Below are positions 63,494-64,000 of a stretch of DNA of 64,000 bases, piece by piece. The stretch comes from a virus (Duplodnaviria; Heunggongvirae; Uroviricota; Caudoviricetes). A program made the position numbers and the translations under genes. Numbering within the stretch: the stretch's first letter is position 1; each line of letters starts with the position of its first letter. The notes beneath the pieces were generated by a model. That model was not told the origin of the DNA and did not search any database. It was given only the letters and a program-made list of their open reading frames with translations. The DNA lies in the IMG/VR virus record IMGVR_UViG_3300047445_000122; one strand, given 5' to 3'.

Positions 63494-63501
63494 CATAAAT
63501 A
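63494..63501 (+). promoter_or_regulatory. Late promoter
   Basis: CATAAATA just after terminator 63457-63489. Confidence 0.65.
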
Positions 63502-63521
63502 CAGTAATGATGGAGGAGACA

Positions 63522-63641
63522 ATGGCCAACCAAATCAGCTTCGTGTTGATGTTGCCAATCAAGGTCATCGCCATCCTCTCTGCTCTGGTACTGGTCATCA
63601 CGCTGTCAGGAATCTGGGAGAGGATCGTTGACTTGATTTGA
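63522..63641 (+). CDS. 39-aa hydrophobic late microprotein
   Basis: GGAGGAG SD; MANQISFVLMLPIKVIAILSALVLVITLSGIWERIVDLI; terminators on both sides. Confidence 0.65.
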   Translation: MANQISFVLMLPIKVIAILSALVLVITLSGIWERIVDLI

Positions 63642-63686
63642 TAACAAAGAAAAATGCCCTGGGACGTCAATCCCAGGGCATTTTGT

Positions 63687-63932
63687 TTACACGCCGGATT
63701 CCGGGGTGAGTGATACTTCTTGATGCTTACGTTGGCGGTTGCGAATCTTGCGGATGATGCAACTGATGTTTGTCTCAGCGCATGTCAACAGCAGGGACTC
63801 ATCGTCATGGTAAGCCTTGCGAATCGCAGCTTGGAGTTCTGCATCTTCCACATATGCCAACCAGCGGCTTCCGAGATCACGCCCGAAGCGCATCTTGCCG
63901 TATTGGTCACGTGGAATCACAAACTCTTTCAT
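63687..63932 (-). CDS. Hypothetical protein
   Basis: Ends at bidirectional terminator 63650-63688. Confidence 0.6.
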   Translation of the reverse strand: MKEFVIPRDQYGKMRFGRDLGSRWLAYVEDAELQAAIRKAYHDDESLLLTCAETNISCIIRKIRNRQRKHQEVSLTPESGV

Positions 63933-64000
63933 ACCGGCAAAGCGCTTCTGGGTGAACAGAGGCGTTGCGTATGTGGCGAATTCGTCTGGGTTCGTGGTGT

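Overview
The window is a gene-dense segment of a lytic T4-superfamily myovirus genome. Gene content and order (gp4/gp2/gp54, gp48-gp53-hub-tape measure, gp5/gp25, regA-gp62-gp44-gp45, primase, gp46/gp47/gp55, RNase HI, two-subunit topoisomerase II, ClpP, DNA ligase) resemble Ackermannviridae/phiW-14-like phages; this placement is inferred from recalled family features, not from a search. It also holds a lysis cassette (embedded spanins, GH19 endolysin, holin-like genes), an NAD salvage pair (NadM-Nudix + NAMPT), a thymidine-hypermodification enzyme (aGPT-Pplase2-like), RNA-repair genes, a free-standing GIY-YIG endonuclease and many small early ORFans. No tRNA, rRNA or CRISPR array was seen. 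The most unusual signals are non-coding. (1) An array of single-gene early cassettes (35.3-38.1 kb) whose 5' leaders carry a covarying hairpin with a conserved GC-AAUNYC-GC loop, bracketed by diverged inverted repeats. (2) A 48-nt leader duplicated before both NAD genes, with compensatory stem changes. (3) Replication-gene promoters whose -10 hexamer lies in a sense-strand hairpin loop. (4) A three-copy promoter class with an upstream GGTTGATATTGGTA box at identical spacing. (5) A candidate ~290-nt structured ncRNA. Notable coding features are a gp5 split by a single in-frame TAA into two parts with two different peptidoglycan hydrolases, a basic protein ending in an ssrA-like tag, and several microproteins below the ORF-track cutoff. 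All family assignments come from motif recognition by eye.
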